From positions 496,001 to 560,000 of the forward strand of contig JBPGPT010000007.1 of the NCBI GenBank assembly GCA_051047955.1: a stretch of 64,000 bases of DNA, read 5' to 3'. Below, one piece after another: positions 1 through 12,300 of the stretch. The first letter of the stretch is position 1; each line of letters opens with the position of its first letter. The DNA is from Cystobasidiomycetes sp. EMM_F5 (Eukaryota). The notes beneath the pieces are model-generated. The model was not told where the DNA came from. It saw only the letters and a list, made by a program, of their open reading frames with translations, and did not search any database. The translations under genes were made by a program, and so were the position numbers.

Positions 1-546
1 GTCGGACGATGCGTCATCTCCGATACCGACAATATCGAGATGCGGGTCAGCCTCTACAAACGCGCTGCGGTATGTCAACTTTAGCTGCGTATGCTAATGT
101 CTCTGCTACTTTGGGGGCAACAAACCGTTTGATGATCGACTCTTCGCCCTGCGTATCATCCAGATACTCTTTTACGATGTACTCTGGACCCTAGATTGAC
201 GTGTGCGGTAAGATTAGGCAGCAGTAATAGTGTACGGACAGCATTCTTACATATCCAGTCAATTCGCGGACGAAAATGTCCAGAACGTCCTGTTGACCAG
301 ACGAGGCTCGCAGTGTAAACATGTGCAGAGACAGACCATCTGAATGAGATATACGACTACCTTTGGATTGAGTATAAACGACGTCGGATACGTCTGACGA
401 GCATTCTTTGCCGCCTGGACGTGACTTCGCACGATGAATTTCTGGTCATTGAGCGGCAGGGGGAGACGTGGGATTGTGGAGATGTCCAGCGGTGCTTCCT
501 GTGCCAACTCGCTGTCATTGTCGTCATCTATCCTAGCTTCCGACAT
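1..546 (-). CDS. Multi-exon hypothetical protein, 5' part (runs off window start)
   Basis: ATG at 546, then short GT-AG introns joining in-frame peptides (..VVYLIQM / DVLDIFVRELTGY / GPEYIVKEYLDD / FVEADPHLDIVG); family not recognised. Confidence 0.5.
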
Positions 547-851
547 TGTTGCCAGTCGCTGGACCCAGACACGCAGCGGGACAGCCGTCTTCCGCTTGTT
601 CCATCATGGACAATGTAGCAGCATGGCAGCGGGTATGTTGTTGCAGATGAAAGCAGAACAACTAGTTTGCGACCGTATTGCATGACTTCGGCAACGTGAT
701 CGATGTCTCAAATGCTCGCATGGCTTTGCGACTGACCGACCTGATATCCGACAGCTGTTCGCAGAGCTACACGTCTTCTGCAATCTACTCTGCTGGTCTG
801 CTGCTCGCTGTCGTTGGATCCACGTTCTCGTCTCATTATTATATCTCGCGC

Positions 852-2542
852 ATGGAACTGCCGTCATACGATGGCTCGGAAGCCTCTGCGTCGGTTTCAG
901 TATCAGCGTCCGATACTTATGGTACAGCCCTGCCAGCTCTCCTGAACCTCGTGCCAGAGCCCGGCGAAGTCTCGTTCCAGCAGGGCTACCTCGGGTACTC
1001 GAGCACGTCCATCCGAGGCAGCCTTCAGATCAAATTCACTGGACAGGACCCGTCGTATCGCACCAACGTAGACAGGATAGAAGTCGAGTTTGTCGGGACG
1101 GAGTGCATACAAGGTGAAGGCAGCGAGCATGTGGACCTCATTCGCGATACAAGAGTACTCTGGAAGCGAGGCACGCTAGATTCCGTAGAGGCCGGGACGA
1201 GCGATGGTCGAGTTAGTACGAGCGGACCGCCTGGGAATCTCGACTTCACATTCCCCTTGACCGACGACCTTCCGCACTGCTGTCACATCGGGTCTGGCAA
1301 GATTGCGTATACACTCAAGGCTCAGATGTTTGACAGTCGTACCGGAAAAGCACTGTGTATATCGACGCCTGTTCATCTGTCGCGCTCCTCGCCTCCTCAT
1401 ATCCTCAACCCATCAACAGCCTCGCCAGAGGTCTATACTTCAACGCATCCAACCGAAATAGCCGTCTTCTTCCCACACGGCACATCCAGATTACGTAGAT
1501 CTCAAGCCATCGAGCTGCGCGTCCGTATACCCCCTCCGGATAGTACGCTCGTCGAGGACAAGGGTCTAAAGCTTCGCAGTGTCAGCGCAGAGCTGATTAG
1601 GTCAATCACGATTCACTCTAGCGATGTGGATCAAGGGGACGGAGACAACGATATACAGGCACTAGTAGAGAAGCCAGTTCTTACAACCGTCATATCGCAT
1701 TCCGGGAAAGCAGCCGCCTTTTCCTCTTCACGAAGCGTCTTTCTCTATATATGGCTACAACCGGTACCTCCAGACTCATGCGAATCAGTGACACAGTCGA
1801 CAATCTTTCACGACGTCAAGTTTATGGTTCGCGTCATGGCAGCTTTTGTCGGAAAACAGGGGGATCGACAGGATGTACTTGTTCTAAACAAGGTCGTCAA
1901 CGTCGTCCCAGATTTTCCACCCGCCTCACCCGCCGACCTCGGCTTGTCAGATCATGTGCAGACGCCAGGTGTGGTCAAGCTTCCTCAAGAAGCGAGTAGT
2001 CGAGCAGACGCATTTGCCGCACCACATGTCGGTCAAAGAATAAGCCCAGAGTTGCTACATAGTTTCTTGCATGACGATGAGTACGATGGCTACGAGGAAG
2101 CATCGGAAAATGCTGCGCTAGAGGATGCGCCGCCGAATATTGATGCGGATGAACCGCCGCCACGATTGGAAGCCATAGGTGAATGAAATTACCCAGCAAG
2201 CGGATCATTAAAGCTGAGCACAATCAAACACTAACAGATGTGGAAACTGTATCGAATCAACCACGAAATGGTGGACAATCCCTGCCGGATGCAACAGGCT
2301 TCCCATCGTCTCGCAGTCCGGATGCAGGCGAAGAAGCCCCACCTTATACTTCTGCAGCGCTTGCGCCGTCAGCAATCGACTTGTCCAGTTCTGCACCGTC
2401 ACAACGTCCGTCGCACCACGAACATCACGGTGAGGATGTGCCTGCTCCACCTCCGCCGTATGAGCGGCAGACGGAACACTTGGACAATGAGGAGATGGGT
2501 CAGGAAATGAGACGGATCGTGCAGGAAGTCATCAGGGAATGA
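852..2542 (+). CDS. Alpha-arrestin-like adaptor protein with PY motifs
   Basis: Arrestin-N-like pattern (IRGSLQI..IEVEFVGTE..FTFPLTDDLP..GKIAYTLKA), one intron ~2179-2237, LPSY at N-terminus, APPY and PPPPY near C-terminus. Confidence 0.7.
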
Positions 2543-2924
2543 GAGTATGGCAATGTACATAGATTAGCCATAAAGCAGCAAGCTCCTGTATGGGTTTTCG
2601 AACTGCTGGTTGCCATTCCAGACATCGATACTTGACTTCGCACCCATCATGAAGCGTAAGCAAAGCGCGAACAGGCATGCTACATATCTGTCCGCAATTC
2701 TTGCGCGGGATACATGTGGAAAGCCTTGCCAGGCTTCGATGCTCATGATTTGATGACGCGGAGACGCAGATCCTGAATTTGCCAGAGTTGGACAACGAAC
2801 GCGGAATCCCAGCTGATGGCTTAGCAGTAGCTAACTACAACAACCACGAGGCATTTCAACATCTGCTGCAGCTCTCCTTCTCAGAACCAACATCGCTGCC
2901 CCGCCTTCCTGTCTTCAAGCACAC

Positions 2925-3365
2925 ATGGCATCAACGCGGCCATCGAATGATTTGCAAGGTCTCCTGTACCTTCTATCTTCAGGTAGCACCCTCGTCATCG
3001 CCCTTCTTGGCTTAGCCTTCCTTGCCGGAGGCCCAGCAGCAGGAGGACTCATCTTTGGTTTTCCGGTCGCCAACGGGTCAGATAGGGACGCTGCGAGTGC
3101 CCTTGTAGCAATCATTGGAGTTCGCGACATCACGTTGGCCTTTCTGAGTTTCATGGCAACGTACCTCCGGGATAGGCGTAGTGCTGGTCTTGTCGCCGCT
3201 GCAGCGCTGGTAGCGACAGTCGGAGACGCAATAGCAATGGCCGCATACAGTCTGGCTCCAGCCAAGTTTATTACGGCACATGTCGTGCCGGCCATCCCGC
3301 TAGCATTACTGTGCGCAGCGTTGCTCAAAGATACGTCAGGATGGCCCAAGATTAGACAGGCTTAA
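2925..3365 (+). CDS. Small multi-pass membrane protein, DUF4267-like
   Basis: 146 aa, ~4 hydrophobic helices, IGVRDITLA motif and late GD motif. Confidence 0.6.
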   Translation: MASTRPSNDLQGLLYLLSSGSTLVIALLGLAFLAGGPAAGGLIFGFPVANGSDRDAASALVAIIGVRDITLAFLSFMATYLRDRRSAGLVAAAALVATVGDAIAMAAYSLAPAKFITAHVVPAIPLALLCAALLKDTSGWPKIRQA

Positions 3366-3442
3366 TGGGTGTCGTTCACAACATGTTTGTGGAGTCTTGT
3401 ATGATATAGTATCATGCATCTGATGTGCTACCTGTTACATCA

Positions 3443-4280
3443 TCAGAAAGCGCCGCCTCCTTCTTCCAGTGCGATACCACCCAGCTTCTTCAACCACCAC
3501 AGCAGTACGGTCATGTTGGCAGGTCGGTGTATAGGCATGATAGAAATTGCTAAGATAGCATGAGCAAAGAATTCATTCCGCTGCATATGTGGATAGTTGG
3601 AGTGCGGATCTTTGGTCAGAGCAATGGGAGCAACGATGACGAAGCCGCCAACGCTGTCGTCAGAGTGTATAGATCCAACGACTTTCTGCCCAGCCTGCTC
3701 GGACAACTTAGCGGATGTAAATAACAGTCTTCAGCCGTTTTCAAATGCGTGCGCATATAAAGGACTTTGGCGAGGAACTAACTTTGATGCTTTTATCATT
3801 TTGTACTTCCCAAATGGTTTGGTTTCTGAAACGCGTGAAACCCTGGGTGTTGAGGTGTATACCAGGGTCACCTTTGCTTGGAAACATGGTAGTTCCAGCT
3901 TTGGGCTGAAAGATCTCCCCTCTGACGTTGGCCTATCGTGCGACAGGGTACCATCCAATCTGAAGCACCTCCTTGTTTGGGTGAAGGACGTTTTTCTCAT
4001 TATCCGTCCTGATTTCTGCGATGGTCTCGTGCACTACTTTTCCATCCATTCGCAGTTCGACTGCATCAATCTGTGATGTCACGGTTGGATGACTGCCACC
4101 GACGGACATCTTCGTCGTATCATACTGCACTGCAAGCGGTACGAGATGGCCTCCTTCTTCATGCCAGATTGCACACAAGTACGCAGGTCCAGCGTTGGCG
4201 ACAAAGTACTGCCACGAGGGATGGAGAGGGAAATGGGGAGCGCGAAGGTGCTCGAAACTGGAAATATAGATGCGAGTCAT
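3443..4280 (-). pseudogene. Two-exon hypothetical gene with in-frame TAG (pseudogene or unrecognised intron)
   Basis: Frame from ATG 4280 continues past TAG (3933-3935) to a GTTAGT donor at 3782; 88-nt intron to CAG at 3695 joins ORF ending 3443. Confidence 0.35.
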
Positions 4281-4817
4281 GGTTGTTGAGAAACTCTGTG
4301 GGACTCTGGGTGGTACGATGGAAAGAAAGATAGGCGCACAGCATCGTCGAATAAGGCGATGACGGGGATCGTGTATGCCGGCTCTGGAACGGTCAAACTC
4401 TCAATGTCAGCCTCTGCCAAACATCACCACACTTATTTGGGTTCGAACTACATGTCACTCAGCTGAAGTGGGCATATTGAGATGACGAGGGCGCCTAATT
4501 ATAACGGCATTGCGCCCATTCAGTGACGCTGGACGAAGAGTTTGGGCAAGCCGGATGGCATACCACGCTTAGCAGCTTGGCGGACATCCAGCTAGTTACA
4601 GTGAGAACGTAGCGGACATCAGCGCGATAGAGGCATCTTGCTTAACGGAAAGTTAGGACAGCAAAGCAGCGGGTGATCAGCTGCAAACGTCAATCATGGA
4701 TTCATGATTCGCACGAAACGCATGCCATGCCGTTGATGCTGAAAGTCACTTGCCTTGGATTGACTAGGATATGCGCATTCATTTGAATGAAACGCAAACA
4801 ATGTCGTTTAGCCAACC

Positions 4818-5735
4818 ATGACCACGCTTGACCCGTCGCATATCCCATGGCTCGCGCGTAGTAATGACCCTACAAGTGGCCAGGCTGTTCACACGTCCGT
4901 TCCAGCCATCACCAAGCAGACTGCCCGTTTTCAGGCCGCGAAAGCCGCGAAAGCTGGCCGGATCAGTAGTGACGAGGAGGATTCTGAGGATGAGCTAGCA
5001 TGGTTTGAGCGACGGCAGCGGGCTCATAAAGCAAAGAAATCGTTGGTTCCGCCGCGTTATCAACGATGGCTCGAATGGACTAATGTTGACCCGACTGATG
5101 CTGACAGCGAGCAGGAGCACGATGCTCAATCGCAAGGGAGGATACCCACGCTGCCTCTGCCTGACGTTCGCTTTGAACAGTCTTATCTGATGAGTCTACG
5201 ACGTGCGTTGATGCAAGTGCATGACGATATCGTTGGCTGAATTGCATGGACGTCCAGCATTCATTCGGTCAGTCCCAGTCGCATCGACTTCAAAGGCTGC
5301 TCTGGCGCAAGAGACGCCTAAAAAGTTCGATAATACCTCTCGCGACAAGCGCAGAAAGATTGAAGAGTCGCTGGCACTCGTCGAGGACCCGGCTAGTCGT
5401 CCCGGTGACGCTGTCAACGACCTGTTCAGTGGTGGCAGTCAAGCGGAGACACAACTCATTATTGAATGGGACAAGATCGTCTACGTGACACTGCGGGATC
5501 AGGTATGTCTGCTGTGCGCTCTCCAAATCTCATCTCCTAACACGTTCACATCAACCAGCTGCTCTCGCCCCTAGTGCAAGGTGTATTATGGGCATTCGGA
5601 GGCTTGGTCTGGGGAGCCGTTTGGTCGTATTGGCGCGGACCTCCCTTAGAATACGCCAACAAGGCAAGAAAAGGGTCCACTCTATGGGAGAGGATGTTTA
5701 CGCCCTTGGTGGCGACAGTGAAGTCGTTTCAATAG
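4818..5735 (+). CDS. Fungal DUF1770-like membrane protein
   Basis: LPLPDVRFEQSYL and TLRDQ/LLSPLVQGVLW motifs; two introns. Confidence 0.7.
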
Positions 5736-5951
5736 TCTTCGAACAGGCGGACTCGTTGCAGTATGAAACACGCGTACTCAATGCGAGATGCCATAGTGGA
5801 ATATGCGACCCGTGAGCGTAATATTGGGGTTTGCAAGAAGGCCGCTACATGTATACTAAACAAGGCAGCCAACGCTGTCCTTACTCTTCATGCTAATCTG
5901 ACACTGGAGATGAAATGTTGGAAACGCGGCATTTGCGGCAATGCATACATG

Positions 5952-7868
5952 CTACAGTGATTGCGACGGGCGGGGCCGCCTTGCCGGTCTGGTCCGCTGA
6001 TTACGAGCTTCTCTTTGCCCAAACCAGCCGAGCAGCGCCAGCACGATAGCCAGGATGAGACTTGGGATGAGAGTCTTGAGTGGCGGACGAGGCGGCAGTC
6101 CAGATGGAGAGCGAGGATTCTTCAAAGATTCTCGACCGACGTCTGGAGGGAAAAAGGCAAAGCGAATTGTTTGGAAGTAGGGTTCAAGCAGCTTCTTCAC
6201 GGCAAAATACGTTGGGAGTACGTGTTCTTCGTGTATCTGCGCAGCAAAGTCCTGTATAACGAATTCAGCTGTGTCGTTTACTGCTCTTTGGGCTGTACGA
6301 CCTACGTATGCTTCGACGATGGGTGCAGGTGCAAAGTACCGCCAAAGCTGTACTGGTTCTCGCCGTCTGCCACGCGCTGACGTCGACGTTGTAGGCTGAC
6401 CCTGATATCCTTCAGGCACTGCTCGCTTGGTCGAAGAGTATCGATCCGATGATGGGTCTTCTTCGGTATCGTCCACATTTGAAGCGCACTTCTGTCTTTG
6501 CGCCGACCGATTCATCCATTCATCTTCTTGTAACTCCTGACGCCTCCGCACTTCCCTGTACAACTTTTGCTTGAGCTCCTTCTCCCAGTACTCGTTTCTC
6601 ACGTAGCCCGCCTGATCCCTGACTTCCTTAACAACCCACTCCTTTGCGTCCGCGGCATGATGTGCAGCCGCCTCGATTCTCAGCCGCACATCGTCGGCAA
6701 AAGTGAGACCATACGAGGCTACGACAATGCATGCGAGACATGCACCTGCGATCAGTGATAGCGTAAGGTATACAGATAGCGATACGAGTTGCTGAACATG
6801 CGGAAGTAGATCTGGCAGAGGCGTTGTGGCTACATGAAGCATCGTCGCTGGGGCAGCTGCTGCGCTCAAGGGGTGAGTACGGCCTGTAGTATCGAAACAA
6901 GGGGAAGATGCGCCGGAACCGTCAGAAGGAGAAGACCGCATAGATCCTTCGGAGCTGCCGGGGGATGCGGGAAGGGGTGGCAGTAATGCAGCTAACGATG
7001 AACGTATGCGAGCGATAATATCCGCTGGCGATGTACTATTGTTGGCGTGAGGTGGAGCAGTGCTGGTCACGTGGGCAGCTGCATTTTTCGCTTGCTGACG
7101 ATATAATAGTCGGTCGGGCAGATCTCTACGCATGGCGGTTTCCACGAATGTTGAACTGAGAAAGGACATTTTGCTGACGGAAGGCTGCTGTGGAGAATTA
7201 GTAGCAGAGGATGACTGCGAACTCGACGCCGAGAGAGGCGAATGGGAAGAGGGAAAGCGGTCGAAACTGTCGAACCGAGGAGACGTTGGCGGAGTGCTGA
7301 TATCGCTACAGGGTGGAGAATACTGGCCGGCAATGTGACCAGATAAGGGGGGTGGCGTACAGGCGTTGGCGTGGTCTGAGCTGCTTTTACGACTGCTGCT
7401 CGTATACGGCATGCCACATTGCGATATGCTATTGCACGCAACTCGTTCGCGGGACCTTCCTCTGGCTTCAACCGGTTTCGAAAGAGGAGCATGATATCGA
7501 TGTTCCAGAGGCTCGCAGGCGTCGACAGCAGTCCGAGCTGGGACCGAGTAGACGTCGACAGAGTCTGCAAACGATACGCGAGAGATGCGTCGGGGATGTC
7601 TTTTTGGGGATTGTATTTGCGAAACAATTGTTGGGGTCTGCGTTGGGAATGAGACGGAATTGACCAAGCAGGAAGAATGGCTGTGCGACCTTTTCAGAGG
7701 CGGGCACACGGCGTCGTCGTTGTCCATCGAAGACTCTGCGCTGCTGTCGCTGGTCGTCTGGCCGTCTTTTGCGAGACCTGGCTCAACCATCGTTATCTCG
7801 AGGCTGGGCGCAGTCAAACAGTGACGAGCTGGCTGGCCGCCCTCGACAGTCGTCGTCATGGTGGACAT
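5952..7868 (-). CDS. Hypothetical Ser/Pro-rich protein with two hydrophobic segments
   Basis: 638-aa uninterrupted ORF; central and C-terminal TM-like stretches, central coiled-coil-like region. Confidence 0.6.
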   Translation of the reverse strand: MSTMTTTVEGGQPARHCLTAPSLEITMVEPGLAKDGQTTSDSSAESSMDNDDAVCPPLKRSHSHSSCLVNSVSFPTQTPTIVSQIQSPKRHPRRISRVSFADSVDVYSVPARTAVDACEPLEHRYHAPLSKPVEARGRSRERVACNSISQCGMPYTSSSRKSSSDHANACTPPPLSGHIAGQYSPPCSDISTPPTSPRFDSFDRFPSSHSPLSASSSQSSSATNSPQQPSVSKMSFLSSTFVETAMRRDLPDRLLYRQQAKNAAAHVTSTAPPHANNSTSPADIIARIRSSLAALLPPLPASPGSSEGSMRSSPSDGSGASSPCFDTTGRTHPLSAAAAPATMLHVATTPLPDLLPHVQQLVSLSVYLTLSLIAGACLACIVVASYGLTFADDVRLRIEAAAHHAADAKEWVVKEVRDQAGYVRNEYWEKELKQKLYREVRRRQELQEDEWMNRSAQRQKCASNVDDTEEDPSSDRYSSTKRAVPEGYQGQPTTSTSARGRRREPVQLWRYFAPAPIVEAYVGRTAQRAVNDTAEFVIQDFAAQIHEEHVLPTYFAVKKLLEPYFQTIRFAFFPPDVGRESLKNPRSPSGLPPRPPLKTLIPSLILAIVLALLGWFGQREARNQRTRPARRPRPSQSL

Positions 7869-8199
7869 GCTGGCGAGTATGGTGCAGCCATTCGTAGTCC
7901 GGGCTGGCTCAACGATGAGAAAGTTGCAATTGTCGAGAGATGAGCTCGCATTTCACGTTCTAGGTGCCCCTCAAAATGGCACCGGCAAAGTAGGCAACCT
8001 CCGAAAGCAAGACTGGGACTTTATGGACTGGCCCTTAAGTGCATGGACAAGCAATGACCTGTGTCTTGTAACGCCAGCTCGGTAGCATTCAGAACGACGT
8101 CTTGAAAGTGCGCTCAGCGGGAACGACCTCGTGCTACATTCGCCAACACCAGGGCATCCCTGCTCCTTGTGACAAGCGTACCCCCAAAGCATTAAAACA

Positions 8200-9247
8200 C
8201 TAACTGTGTCCTGGTGTCTTGTCGTGCCCGTCAGCTCCGTGAGCGTGATGAGTCCGTTCGAAACGGAGACCGCAGTATCTGAACATCAGCAGTCGGAAGA
8301 ATCAGTTGACGTACAATACAACATGTCACTTGAGCGTCCGACATACCCGCAAGCCTTCGGCCCCGGCTTGTCCAGATTGATGAAGACTTTTGGGTGACCG
8401 AGGGAACCACCGCCTGTAGACGACGCCAGAATCACAAGGGAGTGGATGCTTGTCGTCAGTATCCGTGAAACGGTGTATAACATGGCCAGTCTCTCTTGTA
8501 ACAATGACTCACCGCCGTCACAGCTGGCTATTCGCTGCTCCACAAGCCTGATTGGCTCGTCTAGGATCAACTCCATTGCGCTGACGGGCGTCGGCTGAAA
8601 GTCCATGTTAGTTTGCTCGAAGCGTGGACCACGCATCGCATTGGCTCTGCAAACGTGTGAGGATGTGCAGCAATGGCGATGAATAGCATTCCAGACGGGA
8701 CCATGAGCAAAGAGAGATCAATCCTCAGACACCCGACAAACGGAATGATATCCCCAGCAGACGTACCGCGGATTTTGACTGGCAGACCATGTTGTCGGGT
8801 AATTTGGTGCTTGCCATTTGGGCACGTTGGGAGGAGGTCGGGGCATGCTGGAGGCGTGGTGAGACAACGGAGAGACGAGCGGAATGGCGGAACGTTGACG
8901 ATGACATCCATGGAGCACGTAGCAGAGGCCGACAGCAGAAGACCATGTCCATCCGAGCAGGCAGGAGACGGTTGATTGAGGATATCAGTCAAGTCCCGAC
9001 GATGCAAAGCAAGGCTGAGCTTCCGCAAGACGTACGCTACTTCGCGCTCAGACGGCTGCGATGGAAACATGGCTCGCTCTGCTGGAACACGGCGGCTCGT
9101 CTTGTTGGCGCTCGAAGCGACCTCGAGTCCGCTCACTCCGCTCTCTGCGCTGCGGCGGCGACATGTGGAGAACGATATCGTCGAGCTCGCTGCCCATGGT
9201 GTGCATGTCCGCGGTGCAGCCGCTGCGATACGGCGCGCGATAATCAT
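8200..9247 (-). CDS. NDUFS6: Complex I 13-kDa zinc-binding subunit (NDUFS6/NUMM)
   Basis: Mitochondrial presequence; [51 protein letters not shown] across several introns. Confidence 0.92.
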
Positions 9248-9379
9248 GGTGGTCGTGGTTGGTGAACTAGAGACCGATACCGTGATTTCGAAATACTGGA
9301 CATTGACTAAGTTCGCAACAATATTCGTATACGCTTCGTTGCTCAACTGCATTATCCACACCGTCCACCCTCTCTTACA

Positions 9380-12300
9380 CTAGTCGTCATTCTCAGCAGC
9401 CTCAACTTCACTGATGAAATCGTCGGCGAGGGCGCGAATCTCCGCAACGAGCGACATCTTGTTCCATTCTCTCCTTGCCTGCCAGATGCAGTCATAGCAC
9501 GCTGCCCGAAGCTGCTCGAGGTGATCGATGCTCAGACTTCCGGTATTCTTGACGAGGAACCTGCCGAGCGATTGCAATTGTTCGTCCGGCAAAATAAAGT
9601 CGGGTAATGGCGCTGGGGGTGGAGATGCCAGCCGTGGTTCGTCTACACTTGCGCCTTGTGCCGTCATCCGATCACCCTGAGCTGCCTCGGGTGCCAGAAG
9701 ATTTCCCACGCTCATCGTGCGAGAGGAAGCTGCTATCCCGCCAGCTCTCTGATGTAACGGTGAATCTGCAACACCGCCGTCGATGTCGATCTGCATGGCG
9801 TCTGTCCGGGATCGCTTGTTGGAGTTGTACGGAGATTCACTCACGTGCGGTCGTTTCAAGGGGTTGAGTCCAGTTTCAGATTCAGTCGAGTGTGTTTGAA
9901 CGGCCGCAGACGGCCTAGATGACGTTGTGGCCATATCTTTTCCGACCTCGTCAGCAACGGCAGCCCCTGCAGCTTGTGCTTGCGCCGCTATCGCCTCCTT
10001 TTCTTTTGCTCGAGCCTCTTTAGCCTTCTTAGACCGTTCTTTGTCTCTTTCGGCCATTCGAGAGCACTCCAGTCTGAACTGACCATCGCATACTTGATCA
10101 ACCATAACACGTGTATGATTCAGCATTTGATCTGCTTTCGATGCACTGTCTGCCTCATCGTCGTGATAGGCGTTCTCGACGACCCGCTGAATGTCGGCCA
10201 AAAACATGTCTGGCGTATGATAGCGGTCCGCGTAGAGTCGGTCGTTGATCTTGTCCAGCCCGATATCGTGGAAGCGGAATTTGTAGCCTGCAGAAACTGG
10301 CTCGGCAGCTATAGCGGTGACAGCGGCTTCGCCAGCAGCGGCTTGAGGCGCCTCAACTTCAGCTTCCGCAGCGTGAGGATTCGGCTGTGGCCCGACACTC
10401 TGTCTTGCGGTCGCAGATACATGCACGACATCCGTATCCATTTCTTCGTCCCCAGCGTGTCCGTTGGTCAAGGGCTGATCTGGACGCGTTTCGGCAGGTG
10501 GGGCGGGCGGGGGGACGGCTTCATCAGCCAGCGCAAGGGCGACACCCTCTGGGCTGTTTTCTGCCGCACCCGGCGGCAGCACGTCGATTTCTGCACCATC
10601 CTGCGGATACGTGATTAGCCTTCATGGCGTGTTCACGCGCGGCGGCGGGTGTCAGACTCACTCCGATGGCTTTACAGAACCGCTTGTAACGCTTCTTCAG
10701 CTCGATTATGATCGGTCCTAACCGGAATTTTAAATACTCGCGTAGCCTGGCATCGTTCTGCTCTTGCTGCTGCAGCTCTGCGGCGGTTGGCTCGCGAGGC
10801 GGAAGGGGCGGAGCAATGGCAAGCTTCTCCAGCACACGCTTCTTCCGAGGCATAGCATCTGGGTAGTCGCTGGGGCGGCGTTGCATGGCTTGAAGTGTCT
10901 GCTCAAAGAAGGCTTCCCGCATTACCTATATAAAATCTAAGACATTAGTACCGCCAATGACACGATGCCCAAGCCGACGTACATCCGTAGGAGCTTGCAA
11001 AGTTACGCGATTATTTCGTAAAAAGCCAAACCAGCTCCTGACATCAGGCGGGATCTCAGAAAACGGGCACTCTGCGATGGCTAGAAGGAGGACTGGATCA
11101 GATGGATCCAGGCTATCCAGTAAACTGCGGACGGTAGTTTTGACAGAGTCGGGCACCGCCGCTGCCCAGCCGGATAATGACGGTATATATAGTATTGATG
11201 GCTTGTGACGCTTAGCCTCAGTGAAAATTTGTACCACCGCAGCTTCAGATGTCTGTAGGGACGGAAGTCAGCAAAACCAGCGTTCGTACACAACAGCACA
11301 ACACACTCTAGCCGTATCGCCAACCAAAGTAGCGAAATCCAAAGATTGAACGTGGAAGCCTTCTAGATGATGTAGAACGGCTGCGCCGACCGCAGCCTGC
11401 CCCATGCCTGCCGACCCCGTTATCAACAGCCGCGGTCGGAATATCCGTAGATTCTCGAAGGTTTGCATAGCCTTTTCTTGCTCAAAGCCGCCGTCTCCAT
11501 GAGGTTCATACTCGGCTTCCTCGAGCACATTGACTTTCTTGACTTCCGGTAGAGTCTTCCGAAGCGAGGCGACCACTGTCTCGTAACTATGGGTGAGGAG
11601 CGGTTTCAAATGGGGTTGTAATGGTGCTGCTAGCGAAGAAGCAGATCGAGCTGTCGAAGGGATAAGGTCTGCATATGTACAAGACTTAATATAGATCGAG
11701 TTGTTATGATAAAAGTAATACGTACTTTTAGCCGAAGTGATAAAATCTCGCGCAACCGGTCTGATTTCGTTGGGTTCAATGACGAGCCTGTCGGATGTTT
11801 TGTAAATTTGCGGATATTTGCGTTGTATAGCTGTTAATGCAGCCTCCGTACATAGCGCCTGTGGCCAGAGGACTTCAGCGTAAGTGCCGCGTTACATGAA
11901 AATCAAACCAACACGAAGATCTGCTCCGCCGTATCCTTTTGTCAGATCAGCAAGTTCGTCAAGGAAGTCATCGGCGAGCGGAGGTTCCCAACTGCGGGTG
12001 TTTATCTGTATGATCTTTCTTCTCGCATCGAAATCCGGCAATGGGAAGTAGAACTCTCGGTCAAATCTCCCCGGACGCCGCAAAGCTGGATCAACAGCAT
12101 CCGGTCTATTGGTAGCTCCAATCACGATAACTTGGCCTCGACCGTCCATTCCGTCCATCAAGGCTAGCATTGTAGATACGATCGATGCATGAATTTGATC
12201 TTGCTTGCTACTCCGCACTGGCGCCAAGCCATCGATCTCGTCAAAGAATATAATTGATGGCTGACAGTTTTTCGCCTCTTCGAAGAGCAGACGGAGCTGT

